A model generated the notes under the pieces. That model saw only the letters and a program-made list of their open reading frames with translations, was not told the DNA's origin and did no database searches. A stretch of DNA of 64,000 nucleotides from Myxococcota bacterium (lineage in GTDB: Bacteria; Myxococcota_A; UBA9160; UBA6930), in assembly GCA_965223415.1 (NCBI GenBank), contig OZ245002.1, positions 64,001 to 128,000 on the forward strand, in the 5' to 3' direction. Position numbers and translations under genes: made by a program. The stretch's first letter is position 1; every line of letters begins with the position of its first letter. This document shows positions 8,996 to 19,513 of the stretch, piece after piece.

Positions 8996-11146
8996 CTAGG
9001 AACGCACCCGCTCGACCGCGAGCACGCCCTTCACCTTCTGGATCTCCTTCATCATCGTGCGCAGGGTCTCGACGTCGCCGACCCAGAGGTCGAAGGTCTG
9101 GGTCGCGGTGGCGTCGTCGTGGGTGTCGATGCGGGCGGAGCCGATGTTCACCCCCGCGGTCGAGATCGTCTTGGTCACCTTCGCCAGCAGGCCCGGCGTG
9201 TCCCGAGAGGTGACTTTGATGCGGATGCGACGCTTGACGTCCGACGCCTCCTCCCACTCGACGTCGATGCAGCGCTCCTTGTCCAGCTCGAAGGCGACCC
9301 GGCAGTCCCGGGTGTGAACGGTGACGCCGCGCCCCCGCGTGACGAAGCCGATGATCTCGTCGCCGGGAATCGGCGAGCAGCACTGACCGAAGCGCACCAT
9401 CACGTCACCGTGACCGTCGACACGGATGCCGGTGCCGGCGGGCTTGCGCTCCCGCCGGAAGAGGTCGCGCAACTTGCGCCCCTTCGCTTCCTCCTCCTGG
9501 GGCGGCTTGAGCTCCGGGCGCAGCATCTCGAGCACCGCACGCGACGAGACCCGTCCGTAGCCGATGGCCGCGAAGAGATCCTCCACGCCGCCCTTCACGT
9601 GGCGCGCCACCACCGGCGCCAGCTCGTCCCGCTCCAGAACGCGGGCCAGGGACAGGCCGGCCTTGCGGAGCTCCCGCTCGAGGATGCCCCGCCCGAGCTC
9701 CCGGCTGCGCTCGTTCTCCGCCAGGCGCACCGCGTGGCGGATGCGGCTCTTGGCCTTCCCCGAGACCACGAACTCGAGCCAGTCCTTGTTCGGGGACCGG
9801 TTCGGACTCGTCATCACTTCGACCGTGTCGCCGCTCTCGAGCCGGTGGGAGAGGGGGCGCATGTTCCCGCTCACCTTGGCGCCGGCGCAGTGGTCCCCCA
9901 CCTCGCTGTGGATCGCGTAGGCGAAGTCGAGGGCGGTGGCGCCCCGGGGCAGGCTGATCACGTCGCCGTTCGGCGTGAACACGAAGACCTCGTCCGCGAA
10001 GAGATCGACCTTCACGGTGTCGAGGAACTCGTGGGGGTCGTCCACCTCCTGCTGCCGCTCGAGCAGCTGGCGCAGCCAGTTGAACTTGTCGTCGTCCTGC
10101 TCGCTCCCGCTGTGGCCCTTGTAGCGCCAGTGGGCGGCGATGCCGAGCTCCGCGTGCAGATGCATCTCCTCGGTGCGGATCTGCACCTCGATGCGCTCGC
10201 CGTAGGGTCCGATCACCGTGGTGTGGAGCGACTGGTAGCCGTTCGCCTTGGGCAGGGCGACGTAGTCCTTGAAGCGTCCCGGCACCGGCGGCCACGTGGC
10301 GTGCACCATGCCGAGGGCGGCGTAGACCTGCTCGGCGCCTCCCCTCAACACGATGCGGAAGGCGATCACGTCGTAGATCTGGTCGAGGCTCAGGCCCTGG
10401 TCGGTCATCTTGGCGTGGATCGACGCCAGGTCCTTGAGCCTTCCCGACACCAGGGAGTCGAGCCCGGCCTCCTCGAGACCGCCGGTGAGGATGCCCTTCA
10501 CCTCCTCGATGTAGCGCTCCCGCTCGTCGTGGCGGCCCCGCAGCATGCGTTCGAGCTCGACCACCACGTCCGGATGCAGGGTGCGGAACGCCAGGTCCTC
10601 GAGCTCCCGCTTCATCCAGTCGATGCCGAGCCGATGGGCCAGGGGCACGTAGATGTCCAGGGTCTCCTGGGCGATCGCCTGGCCCTTGTCCGCGGGCATG
10701 TAGTGGAGCGTCCGCATGTTGTGGATGCGGTCGGCCAGCTTGATCAGGAGGATGCGGATGTCCTTGGACATCGCGACCAGCATCTTGCGGAAGTTCTCCG
10801 CCTGGCGAGCGCGGGCCGAGCGGAACTGGACCTTGGAGATCTTGGTGAGGCCCTCCACCAGGAAGGCCACCTCGTCGCCGAAGAGCGCCTGGATCTCCTC
10901 GAGGCTGGCCAGGGTGTCCTCCACGGTGTCGTGGAGAAGCCCGGCGGAAATGGTCACCTCGTCGAGGCGCATGTCGACGAGGATCCCGGCCACCTCCAGC
11001 GGGTGGACCAGGTAGGGCTCCCCGGACAGGCGCTCCTGGCCCTCGTGGACCTTCGCCGAGAAGACGTAGGCCCGCTGCAGGAGCTCGAGATCGCACTCCG
11101 GGTCGTACTCCAGCACGCGGTCGGCGATGTCGTTGAAGCGCAGCAT
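8996..11146 (-). CDS. relA: Bifunctional (p)ppGpp synthetase/hydrolase Rel
   Basis: HD hydrolase LLHDTVED, KLADRIHNMRTL, synthetase RFKD and YQSLHT, EVQIRT, TGS (DFAYAIHSEVG), CC motif and ACT domain. Confidence 0.96.
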   Translation of the reverse strand: MLRFNDIADRVLEYDPECDLELLQRAYVFSAKVHEGQERLSGEPYLVHPLEVAGILVDMRLDEVTISAGLLHDTVEDTLASLEEIQALFGDEVAFLVEGLTKISKVQFRSARARQAENFRKMLVAMSKDIRILLIKLADRIHNMRTLHYMPADKGQAIAQETLDIYVPLAHRLGIDWMKRELEDLAFRTLHPDVVVELERMLRGRHDERERYIEEVKGILTGGLEEAGLDSLVSGRLKDLASIHAKMTDQGLSLDQIYDVIAFRIVLRGGAEQVYAALGMVHATWPPVPGRFKDYVALPKANGYQSLHTTVIGPYGERIEVQIRTEEMHLHAELGIAAHWRYKGHSGSEQDDDKFNWLRQLLERQQEVDDPHEFLDTVKVDLFADEVFVFTPNGDVISLPRGATALDFAYAIHSEVGDHCAGAKVSGNMRPLSHRLESGDTVEVMTSPNRSPNKDWLEFVVSGKAKSRIRHAVRLAENERSRELGRGILERELRKAGLSLARVLERDELAPVVARHVKGGVEDLFAAIGYGRVSSRAVLEMLRPELKPPQEEEAKGRKLRDLFRRERKPAGTGIRVDGHGDVMVRFGQCCSPIPGDEIIGFVTRGRGVTVHTRDCRVAFELDKERCIDVEWEEASDVKRRIRIKVTSRDTPGLLAKVTKTISTAGVNIGSARIDTHDDATATQTFDLWVGDVETLRTMMKEIQKVKGVLAVERVRS

Positions 11147-11207
11147 CGTGAAAACGCCTTACAAACCGGGACCTTGCTCGAAGGTACCGGACGGCGGGAG
11201 AGGGGCG

Positions 11208-11858
11208 CTAGCTCCGCCCTGGGATCGGCAGGACGCCCTTCAGGCTTTCGACCACGGCGGCGCGGTCGAATCGTTCGCGCACGCTGCCGGGCTCGCCCCG
11301 GCGCTCGGCGCGGACGATGGCGAGCACGGCGTCGATGGCCTCCTCGACCACGTCGTTCACCACCGCGTAGTCGAACTGATGGACGGCGGCCAGCTCCACG
11401 TGGGCCGTATCGAGGCGCTTGGCGATCGCCTCCTCGCTGTCGGTGCCGCGACCCCGAAGGCGGTCCTCCAGGTCCTGCCACGAGGGCGGAAGCAGGAAGA
11501 CGAGCCGCGCGTCGTCGCGGCGCGCCCGGAGCTGGCGAGCGCCCTGCACCTCCACCTCGAGGAGGAGGTCGCGGCCGGCCGCCAGGGGCTCGTCGATCGA
11601 CTGCCAGCTCGTCCCGTACTGATTGCCCGCGTACTCGGCGTGCTCGACGAAGCCGCCCGCGGCGACCAGCTCCGCGAAGGCCTCGCTGGTCACGAAGTGA
11701 TAGTGCACGCCGTCCACCTCGGCGGGCCGGCGGGGACGCGTCGTGTGGGAGATCGAGAACTCGATCTGCGGATCCCGCTCGACCACGGCCCGACACACGG
11801 TCGTCTTGCCCGTGCCCGACGGCGCCGACACCACGAAGGGGATGCCCCGGCGGCTCAC
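11208..11858 (-). CDS. gmk: Guanylate kinase
   Basis: [42 protein letters not shown]. Confidence 0.96.
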   Translation of the reverse strand: MSRRGIPFVVSAPSGTGKTTVCRAVVERDPQIEFSISHTTRPRRPAEVDGVHYHFVTSEAFAELVAAGGFVEHAEYAGNQYGTSWQSIDEPLAAGRDLLLEVEVQGARQLRARRDDARLVFLLPPSWQDLEDRLRGRGTDSEEAIAKRLDTAHVELAAVHQFDYAVVNDVVEEAIDAVLAIVRAERRGEPGSVRERFDRAAVVESLKGVLPIPGRS

Positions 11859-12136
11859 CCGTCTTCCCCGTCGACGGCGAGACGCGAGGCGATCGTCTCC
11901 GGGTTGATGGCCGAAAGAATCACGAGGTCGCTGTCGGTGACCAGGATCGAGCGCGTGCGGCGGCCCTGGGTGGCATCGAGCAGCTTCCCGCGGTTCGCGG
12001 CCTCCTCTCGCAGCCGGCGCATGGGCGCGGACTGGGGAGAGACGATCGCCACCACCCGCGAGGCCAGGACGAGGTTGCCGTAGCCGATGTTCAGCAGGCG
12101 AAGCGCGCGATCGTCACTCAACCCGTCGGCCCTCAC
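11855..12136 (-). CDS. remA: RemA/DUF370 family regulatory protein
   Basis: [37 protein letters not shown]; yicC-remA-gmk order. Confidence 0.9.
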   Translation of the reverse strand: MRADGLSDDRALRLLNIGYGNLVLASRVVAIVSPQSAPMRRLREEAANRGKLLDATQGRRTRSILVTDSDLVILSAINPETIASRLAVDGEDG

Positions 12137-13014
12137 TCCACATTCTGGACCTGCTCGCGGATGCGCTCGAGCTCCGTCTTCAGATCGACGACGTGGTGGG
12201 CGACGGGCGCATCCCCGGCCTTGGAGCCGATGGTGTTCGCCTCGCGCATCATCTCCTGCAGCAGGAAGTCCAGACGCCGGCCGCAGGGCGTCTCGGCGTC
12301 CGCGCCGCCGAGCACGTCGCCGAACTGGTCCACGTGGCTTCGCAGGCGCACGAGCTCCTCGGTGACATCGAGGCGGTCGGCCGCCAGCGCCACCTCCTGG
12401 TGCAGGCGCGCCTCGTCGAGGCTTCCGATCTCCTCGCGGAGCTGCTCGGCCCGCCTGCGGATCCGCTCCCGCGCCCCCGCCTGGACCTCGCCGGATCGGC
12501 TCTCGAGCGCGCCGACGAGATCGAGCACGGCCTGGAGCCGGCCGCGCAGCTCGCGCTCCAGGGCCTCGCCCTCGGCCAGGCGCATGGCGTCGGCCTCGGC
12601 GGCCGCCCCGTCGAGGGCCTCCTCGAGACGCGGTGCCGCGGCCTCGAGGGAGACCTCCTCCTCGACCAGGCGCGCGACCCCGGGGAGCGCCACCAGCCGC
12701 TCGGCGGAGAGCGCGGCCTGCTCGCCGCCGAGCTCTGCGGCGAAGGCGCGGTACTGCGCGGCCACGTCCAGATCGAGCTGGAGCCGGGCCTTCGGCCCGC
12801 TGTTCGGCGGCAGGGCGATCGTGGCGTCCACCCGGCCGCGCTGGAAGCGCTGGCGGAGCTTCGCCTTGAGCCCGGTCTCCAGCGCAGAGAAGAGCCGCGG
12901 CGTCCGCACCGACACGTCCAGGTGTCGGTGATTGACCGTGCGCACCTCCACCGAGAGGGGCAGGCCTTCGAGATCGAGCTCCACGCGCCCGAAGCCGGTC
13001 ATGGAGCGGATCAC
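12133..13014 (-). CDS. yicC: YicC/YloC family endoribonuclease
   Basis: [60 protein letters not shown]. Confidence 0.95.
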   Translation of the reverse strand: MIRSMTGFGRVELDLEGLPLSVEVRTVNHRHLDVSVRTPRLFSALETGLKAKLRQRFQRGRVDATIALPPNSGPKARLQLDLDVAAQYRAFAAELGGEQAALSAERLVALPGVARLVEEEVSLEAAAPRLEEALDGAAAEADAMRLAEGEALERELRGRLQAVLDLVGALESRSGEVQAGARERIRRRAEQLREEIGSLDEARLHQEVALAADRLDVTEELVRLRSHVDQFGDVLGGADAETPCGRRLDFLLQEMMREANTIGSKAGDAPVAHHVVDLKTELERIREQVQNVE

Positions 13015-14030
13015 CCGCGGCGCTCCCCGGCCCGGGCGGCCTCGGCGGCGGCGGGGAGCAGGCCGCGGATCTCGTCGGGGGTCGCGGTGGCCGTGCCGAC
13101 CTTGCCGACCACGACTCCGGCGGCGGCGTTGGCGATCACGGCGGCCTCCAGGAGCGAACCTCCGGCGAGCCGCGCGAGGGTGAGGGCCGCGATGGACGTG
13201 TCGCCGGCGCCCTGCACGTCGTAGACCTCGCTATGGGCGATGGGCACGTCTACCGGCGAAAGCTCCCCTTCGAAAACGGTCATCCCGTCGGCGCCGCGGG
13301 TGACGATGACGTGGGAGCCGCCCAGGCTGCGCCGGAGCTTCGCCACGGCGCGCCCGAGATCGTCCCGGCTGCGGATGCGGATGCCCGTGAGCTGCTCCAC
13401 CTCCCGCTGGTTCGGCTTGACGAGGTCGGCGCCGCGGAAGCTCGCCACGTGCTCCTTCGGATCGACCGTCACGGGCAGGCCCGCGTCGGCCGCGCGCTTC
13501 ATCAGGCCGCGCAGCACGGTCTTGTGCAGGAGCCCCTTGCCGTAGTCCTCGAGCACCAGGCCGTCGCTGCCGGGCAGCGCCGCCTCCACCGCCCGGAGCA
13601 GCCGGCGCGAGGCGGCGCGTCCGATCGGCTCGTCGGTCTCGCGATCGAAGCGCAGCATCTGCTGGGAGCGCGCCTCGACGCGGGTCTTTCGGGTCGTCGG
13701 CCGATCCTCGACCCGCACGACGCCCTGGACGTCGACGCCCAGGTCCTTCAGCAGGTCGATCACCCGGTCGCCGGCCCGGTCGTCGCCGACCACGCCGCAG
13801 AACAGGCAGGTCGCCCCCATCGCGGCGGCGTTGCGCACGACGTTGCCGGCGCCGCCCAGGGCCGTCGACTCCCGCGTCACGTGCACCACGGGCACCGGCG
13901 CCTCCGGGCTCACCCGCTCCACGTCCCCCCACAGGTACTCATCGAGCATCACGTCACCCACCACGAGCAGGCGCACGCGGGCGAAACCTTCGACGAGACG
14001 CTCCAGCCTTCGCAGCTCGAGGCGCGCCAT
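13011..14030 (-). CDS. hldA: D-glycero-beta-D-manno-heptose 7-phosphate kinase (stand-alone RfaE domain I)
   Basis: [54 protein letters not shown]. Confidence 0.93.
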   Translation of the reverse strand: MARLELRRLERLVEGFARVRLLVVGDVMLDEYLWGDVERVSPEAPVPVVHVTRESTALGGAGNVVRNAAAMGATCLFCGVVGDDRAGDRVIDLLKDLGVDVQGVVRVEDRPTTRKTRVEARSQQMLRFDRETDEPIGRAASRRLLRAVEAALPGSDGLVLEDYGKGLLHKTVLRGLMKRAADAGLPVTVDPKEHVASFRGADLVKPNQREVEQLTGIRIRSRDDLGRAVAKLRRSLGGSHVIVTRGADGMTVFEGELSPVDVPIAHSEVYDVQGAGDTSIAALTLARLAGGSLLEAAVIANAAAGVVVGKVGTATATPDEIRGLLPAAAEAARAGERRG

Positions 14031-14031
14031 G

Positions 14032-15147
14032 TCAGCGGGTGAGCCCGCGGGCCTCGAGCTCGCGGGCGGCCTGTTCGACCCGATCGTCGGCCCTCTGGGT
14101 GCGGATCCAGGCGAGCAGGTCGCGCATGCCCTCTTCCAGGGTCGTCCCGGGCGCGTAGCCCAGCTCGCGCCCGATGCGCGAGATGTCGGAGAAGCAGTGG
14201 CGGATGTCGCCGGCGCGGTACTTGCCCACCACGTCCGCCGGCTCGGGGAAGTCGAGTTGCTCCGAGAGCAGCTCCGCGATGCGCAGCACGGAGGTCGGCC
14301 GCCCGGTGCCGACGTTGTAGACCCGGCCGTTCGCCTCGTCCTTCTCCATGGCGAGCAGGTTCGCCTTCACGATGTCCGAGACGTGCACGAAGTCGCGGCT
14401 CTGGAGGCCGTCCTCGAAGATCATCGGCTGGTGGCGGTTCAGGATGCGCGAGGAGAAGATCGCCATCACGCCGGTGTAGGGATTGTTCAGCGATTGGCGC
14501 GGCCCGTAGATGTTGAAGTAGCGCAGGGCCACTGCGGGGATGCCGTAGGCCGCGCCCACCGCCAGGAACATCTCCTCGTGGTCGCGCTTCGTGATCGCGT
14601 AGATCGACGTCGGGACCAGGGGCTTCGCTTCCGGGGTCGGCATCGGCGCGAGCTCGCGGCCCGCGTCGTCGTGCATCTCGAAACGCTGGGCGGCCAGGGC
14701 ACTCTCCGGCCGCAGGGCCGGGAAGACCGTCTCCCCCTCCGGCGTGCGATAGGCGCCCTCGCCGTAGATCGACATGGAGGACGCCACCACCATCTTCCGG
14801 ACGCGATCGCGTCGGGCGACGATCTCCTCGAGCAGCACCGCCGCGCCCACGCTGTTGACCGAGACGTACTGCTCCATCTGGTACATCGACTGCCCGACGC
14901 CGACGGCGGCGGCCTGGTGGTACACCTGGTCGATGCCGTCGAGCGCCCGCGCGACCGCGGCGCGATCGCGCACGTCGCCGATCTGGAGCTCGGCGTCCGC
15001 GTGCAGGTGGGTCGGGCGCACGGCGCCCTCGCCGTGCACCTGGGAATCGAGGTTGTCCAGCACGCGGACCCGATGGCCGGCCGCCACGAGCGCATCCACG
15101 AGATGGGAGCCGACGAAGCCCGCTCCACCGGTCACCAGCACGTTCAA
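14032..15147 (-). CDS. NAD-dependent nucleotide-sugar epimerase/dehydratase (extended SDR)
   Basis: TTG start after SD AAGGAG; TGGAGFVG, YAITK, LRYFNIYGP, RDFVHVSD. Confidence 0.92.
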   Translation of the reverse strand: MNVLVTGGAGFVGSHLVDALVAAGHRVRVLDNLDSQVHGEGAVRPTHLHADAELQIGDVRDRAAVARALDGIDQVYHQAAAVGVGQSMYQMEQYVSVNSVGAAVLLEEIVARRDRVRKMVVASSMSIYGEGAYRTPEGETVFPALRPESALAAQRFEMHDDAGRELAPMPTPEAKPLVPTSIYAITKRDHEEMFLAVGAAYGIPAVALRYFNIYGPRQSLNNPYTGVMAIFSSRILNRHQPMIFEDGLQSRDFVHVSDIVKANLLAMEKDEANGRVYNVGTGRPTSVLRIAELLSEQLDFPEPADVVGKYRAGDIRHCFSDISRIGRELGYAPGTTLEEGMRDLLAWIRTQRADDRVEQAARELEARGLTR

Positions 15148-16115
15148 GCCGTGTCTCCTTCGCGTAGGGCGCGAAGCCCCTCGTCCTCCGGACAGCCCCG
15201 CAGGTGCCAGCGGAGGACGATCCAGTCCTGCTCCCATCGCTCGCGCATCCGACGCGAGAGGATCGCCCCCGGCGCGCGCATCACCACGTACAGCGCAGCC
15301 TTGGCGATCCGCAGCGCTTTGATCCCGGCGGCGCGCGGGCCACCGCGGTTCTTGCGGAAGAAGTGGTAGAGGGATCGGTGGTACTCGATCCGCGTCTCGG
15401 CCGGGATCTTCTTCTTCGTGCTGGCGCCGAAGATGTGGACCACGTGGGCGTCGGGCACGTGCATGATCTTCCAGCCGGCGGCCGCGATGCGGTAGCACCA
15501 GTCGGTCTCTTCGAGGAAGAAGAAGTAGTCCTCGGGCATGGGGCCGACCTGGTCCAGGACCTCCTTGCGCACGAACAGACACGCCCCGAGCACCGCCTCC
15601 ACGGGGATCGCCGCGGCGTGCTCGAAGCGCTTCGACGGGAAGCGCCGGGGGAAGAGGGTCTCGAGCACGCCCTTGGGAACCACCTCCGTCGCCAGGCTCG
15701 GATAGTTGTGGATGCAGTTCTGCTTGGAGCGGTCCGGGTTCAGCAGTTGGGGGCCGACCACGCCGACGTCCGGGTGCGCGTCCAGGTAGCGAACGCAGCG
15801 CTCGAGGGCGTCGGGCAGCACCACCGTATCGCTGTTCAGCAGCACCGTGTGGCGACCCTTCGCCCGCCGCAGACCGACGTTGTTGCCCGCGGCGAAGCCG
15901 ATGTTCTCGGGCAGCGCGATCACCTCCGCCCAGTCGAAGCGGCGGCGCACCGCCTCCACGCTGCCATCCTCGGAGCCGTTGTCGACGACCAGGGTCTCGA
16001 CCTCGATGCGGCCCTCGTCCTTGCGCCGGAGGATCTCGCGCTCGATCGACGCCAGGGCGTCGAGGAGCACGTCCCGGGCGTTCCAGGTGACGATCACGAT
16101 CGAGAGGTCGGTCAC
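15144..16115 (-). CDS. Glycosyltransferase family 2 (WbbL/rhamnosyltransferase-like)
   Basis: GTG start coupled to the waaF stop; LSIVIVTWN, VVDNGSEDGS, NIGFAAGNN, LLNSD, FFFLEETDWC. Confidence 0.88.
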   Translation of the reverse strand: MTDLSIVIVTWNARDVLLDALASIEREILRRKDEGRIEVETLVVDNGSEDGSVEAVRRRFDWAEVIALPENIGFAAGNNVGLRRAKGRHTVLLNSDTVVLPDALERCVRYLDAHPDVGVVGPQLLNPDRSKQNCIHNYPSLATEVVPKGVLETLFPRRFPSKRFEHAAAIPVEAVLGACLFVRKEVLDQVGPMPEDYFFFLEETDWCYRIAAAGWKIMHVPDAHVVHIFGASTKKKIPAETRIEYHRSLYHFFRKNRGGPRAAGIKALRIAKAALYVVMRAPGAILSRRMRERWEQDWIVLRWHLRGCPEDEGLRALREGDTA

Positions 16116-17215
16116 GGACGCACCCGCTCGAGACGACCGGGGTCGGCCACCATCCACTGGGAACCCTGCCAGCTCCGCGCTGCGTCCTCGGCGAGGGCGG
16201 GTAGGGCCTGATCGAGGACGTGCTCCGGCGCGATGCGCGTCATGCAGCGGTGGTCGATCGGGCACTCGCGCTTGTAGCAGGGGCGACAGTCCACGTCGGC
16301 CATCAGCACGCTCACCCCTTCGAGGTTGAGATCGGTCTTCTCGAGTGCGGTGGAGCCCATCATCACCACGCAGGGCACGCCGAAGGCCACGGCCAGGTGG
16401 CGAGCGCCCGCGTCGTTGCACACCAGGAGCCGCGCCTCGCGCAGGAGTGCCTTCAAGCCGCCCAGCGAGAGCTCGCCGGCGAGGGCCGCGGCCGGCTCGT
16501 TCATGGCGGCGGTCACCTCCCCCACCAACGCCTGCTCCGCCGGTGTCCCCACCACCGCTACCCGCGCGCCGACCCGGGCCAGGGCATCGCCGACCGCGGC
16601 GAAGGAGGCAGCCGGCCAGCACTTCGAGGAGCCGTAGGAGGCGCCGGGGGCCAGCACCGCGTAGGGCCGCTCCGGGTCGATGCCTTCCTTCTCCAGCCGC
16701 GCGTGGGCCTCGCGCTCCTCCTCGGCGGTGACGAACAGCTCGAGGTGGGTGCCGCGCCGGTCACAGCCCAGCGCCTCGACCAGCCCGAGCACGTGGAGCT
16801 CCCGGGCGAGCATCAACCGGCCGCCGGATGCGGCCTTCGGCAGGGGCACCGCGCGGTGAAGGAGCGCCCGCCGCCAGCCGCGCTGGTAGCCGACGATCTC
16901 CCGCACACCGCCCAGCCGCATCAGCAGGGCGGACGAGAACGAGTCGGGAAGACACAGGCCCAGGTCGAAGCGGGTGCCCCGAAGACTGCGCGCCTCCCGC
17001 GCGAGGGCGAGCGCGCCCTGCCCGTAGGAGGACACGGGGGCGACGGCGTCGAACCAGGGCGCGCCGGAAGCCAGCGGCTCGAGACCGGATCGGACCTGGA
17101 GCGTGATGCGCGCCTCGGGAAAGCCGGCGCGCAGAGCCCGGAACCCCGGGGTCGCCATGATCCAATCGCCGGTCCAGTTCGGCCCCCGGACGAGAATTTC
17201 CTGAGGCTGGGTCAT
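16112..17215 (-). CDS. waaF: LPS heptosyltransferase II (GT9)
   Basis: PNWTGDWIM, LPDSFSSA, PGASYGSSKCWP, CNDAGARHLA, CRPCYKRECPIDHRCM. Confidence 0.88.
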   Translation of the reverse strand: MTQPQEILVRGPNWTGDWIMATPGFRALRAGFPEARITLQVRSGLEPLASGAPWFDAVAPVSSYGQGALALAREARSLRGTRFDLGLCLPDSFSSALLMRLGGVREIVGYQRGWRRALLHRAVPLPKAASGGRLMLARELHVLGLVEALGCDRRGTHLELFVTAEEEREAHARLEKEGIDPERPYAVLAPGASYGSSKCWPAASFAAVGDALARVGARVAVVGTPAEQALVGEVTAAMNEPAAALAGELSLGGLKALLREARLLVCNDAGARHLAVAFGVPCVVMMGSTALEKTDLNLEGVSVLMADVDCRPCYKRECPIDHRCMTRIAPEHVLDQALPALAEDAARSWQGSQWMVADPGRLERVRP

Positions 17216-17234
17216 GGGTTACGGCCGGCCGAAC

Positions 17235-18329
17235 CTACCACTGGGCCCCCTCCCCCGCCAGAAGCTCCCGGGCTGCGGCGATCACAGAATCGGGGGTAAT
17301 TACCCTCATACAAGAGGCCGCAGCGCAGCCCCTGCGGCACGGATTGCACCCGATCTGGGCCCGGACCGTCCGCGAGGGGGTCGCCGGCGAGGGCTGGTTC
17401 TCGATCGGGTCGGTCGGGCCGATCAGCTGGACCGCCGGCGTCCCCACCAGGGACGCCACGTGGAGCGGACCGGTGTCGCCGCCCAGGTAGAGCCGACAGG
17501 CCTGGAAGAGTGCAGCCAGGTCCAGGAGGGTCGGCGTGTCCGGGGCCCGGCGGGCCGCCCCGACGGAGGCGGCCACCACCGCGTCGGCGAAGGCCCGGTC
17601 GTCCCGGGCGGGGCCGGCAGTCACCACGGCGGGCACGCCGTCCTTCGCGAGGGCGCGGGCGACCTCCCCATAGCCCTCGGCGGTCCAGCGCTTGTGGGCC
17701 GTGGTGTCGCTCGTCCCCGGGTGGATGGCGATCGGCGCCGGCCCGGGACCGAGGGCCTTCACCGCGCGCTTCACCCGCTCCGGCGAGAGGGCCAGGGGGC
17801 GATCGATCGGCCCCTCGGCCACGCCCAGGTAGCGAACCAGGGCCTCGTTGCGCTGGAAGCGGCTCTGGCGGGGCGGCGCCAGACACGCCCGCTCCGTCGC
17901 GAACCAGTGGGCGCCTTCCCGGGCGAAGGGCCGCGCGTAGCTGACCCTCCGGCGAGCCCCGGAGAGGAACGCGAGCGTCCCACTCTTCAGGATGGCGTGG
18001 AAGTCCACGACGAGATCGAAGTCCTCCGCCCGCAGGGCCCGCAGGAAGCCGCCGCCCTGGCGGAGCAGGCGATCCGGGCGGAGGCCGCGCAGGGCGGCCC
18101 GCAGCTCCGGCCGCGGGAACACCAGCACCTCGTCGAGCCAGGGCACGCCACCGAGGAGCGAGGCGGCGGGCGGCTCCACCAACCACGCCAGATGGGCATC
18201 CGGGTAGCCCCGACGCAGGGCTGAGGCCGCTGGCAGCGTGCGGACGACGTCGCCCACCGCACCGAGTCGCAGGATCAGGATGCGTTCCGCCGGCGCGGGG
18301 GCCCCCAGGGCGTTCGTGCAGGTGTGGAT
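17235..18329 (-). CDS. Glycosyltransferase family 9 (second heptosyltransferase, WaaC-like); start uncertain, ATC at 18329 proposed
   Basis: RILILRLGAVGDVV, HPGTS..KRW, GDTGPLHVA, CNPCRRGC; no in-frame ATG/GTG/TTG between the conserved N-terminus and 18530, which lies inside lptF. Confidence 0.8.
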   Translation of the reverse strand: MHTCTNALGAPAPAERILILRLGAVGDVVRTLPAASALRRGYPDAHLAWLVEPPAASLLGGVPWLDEVLVFPRPELRAALRGLRPDRLLRQGGGFLRALRAEDFDLVVDFHAILKSGTLAFLSGARRRVSYARPFAREGAHWFATERACLAPPRQSRFQRNEALVRYLGVAEGPIDRPLALSPERVKRAVKALGPGPAPIAIHPGTSDTTAHKRWTAEGYGEVARALAKDGVPAVVTAGPARDDRAFADAVVAASVGAARRAPDTPTLLDLAALFQACRLYLGGDTGPLHVASLVGTPAVQLIGPTDPIENQPSPATPSRTVRAQIGCNPCRRGCAAASCMRVITPDSVIAAARELLAGEGAQW

Positions 18330-18359
18330 GGCGACCTCGCGGGGGAAATCGGCGGTCGG

Positions 18360-18366
18360 TAGGATA
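18360..18366. promoter_or_regulatory. Overlapping bidirectional -10-like hexamers (TAGGAT on +, TATCCT on -) between the divergent GT9 gene and lptF
   Basis: Both match TANNNT; they lie in a divergent gap of about 45 bp. Confidence 0.4.
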
Positions 18367-18373
18367 CTCGCCC

Positions 18374-19513
18374 ATGCGGATCCCGCGCACCCTGTCGCTG
18401 TACGTCCTGCGCGAGCTGGGCCAGTACGCGGGCATCGGCTTGCTCGCCGTGGGCTCCGTGATGCTCTCCCAGCGCATCCTGCGCGAGCTGAACGACCTGA
18501 CGGGCATCGGCATCGGCTTGGCCGATACACTCCAGCTCCTGCTCTACCTGGGCGGCATGCTGGCCGCCTACGCCATCCCGGTGGCGTTCCTGTTCGGCAT
18601 CCTCGTCGCGGTGGGCCGCATGTCGTCCGACGCCGAGGTCACTGCCATGCGCGCCCTGGGCGTGAGCCTCACCCAGCTCGTCGTGCCGGTCGTGCTCGTC
18701 GCGGTACTGGTTTCGACCTCGACCGGCTGGCTGCTCAGCCGGGTCGAGCCCCAGGCCCGCCGCGACCTACGGGGCTTCCTCGGGGAGGTCGCCTCGCGGG
18801 GTGGCATCATCGAGGCCGGCGCATTCAACGAGCTCGACACCACGGGCCAGCGTCTGCTCTTCGTGGACGGACGCAACGAAGGCAACGAGCTCGAGGGCGT
18901 CCTGATCTCCGACCGTACCGATCCCGCCAAGCCCTTCACCGTCGTTGCCAACCGTGGCCGTTTCGACTTCGAGCGCCACACGGGCACCGCGGCGATCCGG
19001 CTGTTCGAAGGCGACATCCACTTCGAGCGCGAGGACGCAGGCGACAGCCGCTACCAGCGCATCTCCTTCCGCGAGTTCGAGTACGCCTTCGACCTCTCCG
19101 ACCTGGCGACGCCGGGCTTCGACCGCCTGCGCCCCCGGGAGATGACCGACGGCGAGATCCAGGGCGTGCTCCGCGTCTGGGACGAGACCGGCAAGCCACC
19201 CGACGGCGTGCGGGTGAAGAAGCGCGATCGCTACGAGATCCAGCTCCACCGCCGCCTCGCCCTACCGGTCGCGCCGCTCCTCTTCGCGCTCGTCGGGATC
19301 CCGCTGGGCCTTCAGCGCTCGCGCGGCGCCCGCTCCTGGGGCGTGCTGCTGTGCGTCGGTCTGGTGTTCGGCTACTACGCCCTGCTCTCGGCGGGCGAGT
19401 ACCTGGCGGAGGAGGGCCTGGCGCCCGCCGCCGCGTCCCTGTGGATCCCGAACCTGGTCTTCGCCGCCGTCGCCGCCATCCTGCTCTACCGCGCGCGACT
19501 CGCGGAGATCTGA
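18374..19513 (+). CDS. lptF: LPS export ABC transporter permease, LptF/LptG family
   Basis: LSLYVLREL, GRMSSDAEVTAMRALGVS, three TM segments, periplasmic domain, HRRLALP, three TM segments, WIPN. Confidence 0.88.
   Translation: MRIPRTLSLYVLRELGQYAGIGLLAVGSVMLSQRILRELNDLTGIGIGLADTLQLLLYLGGMLAAYAIPVAFLFGILVAVGRMSSDAEVTAMRALGVSLTQLVVPVVLVAVLVSTSTGWLLSRVEPQARRDLRGFLGEVASRGGIIEAGAFNELDTTGQRLLFVDGRNEGNELEGVLISDRTDPAKPFTVVANRGRFDFERHTGTAAIRLFEGDIHFEREDAGDSRYQRISFREFEYAFDLSDLATPGFDRLRPREMTDGEIQGVLRVWDETGKPPDGVRVKKRDRYEIQLHRRLALPVAPLLFALVGIPLGLQRSRGARSWGVLLCVGLVFGYYALLSAGEYLAEEGLAPAAASLWIPNLVFAAVAAILLYRARLAEI

Noticed and set aside
6003..9383. 1126-aa ORF as one large protein
   Set aside because: Only the last 350 aa (from TTG 7055) form a GHMP kinase; the rest is an off-frame reading of the glycosyltransferase genes.
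7880..12931. 1683-aa plus-strand ORF
   Set aside because: Antisense shadow of the GT2, rel, gmk, remA and yicC genes; long stop-free antisense frames are expected in high-GC DNA and it has no recognisable motifs.
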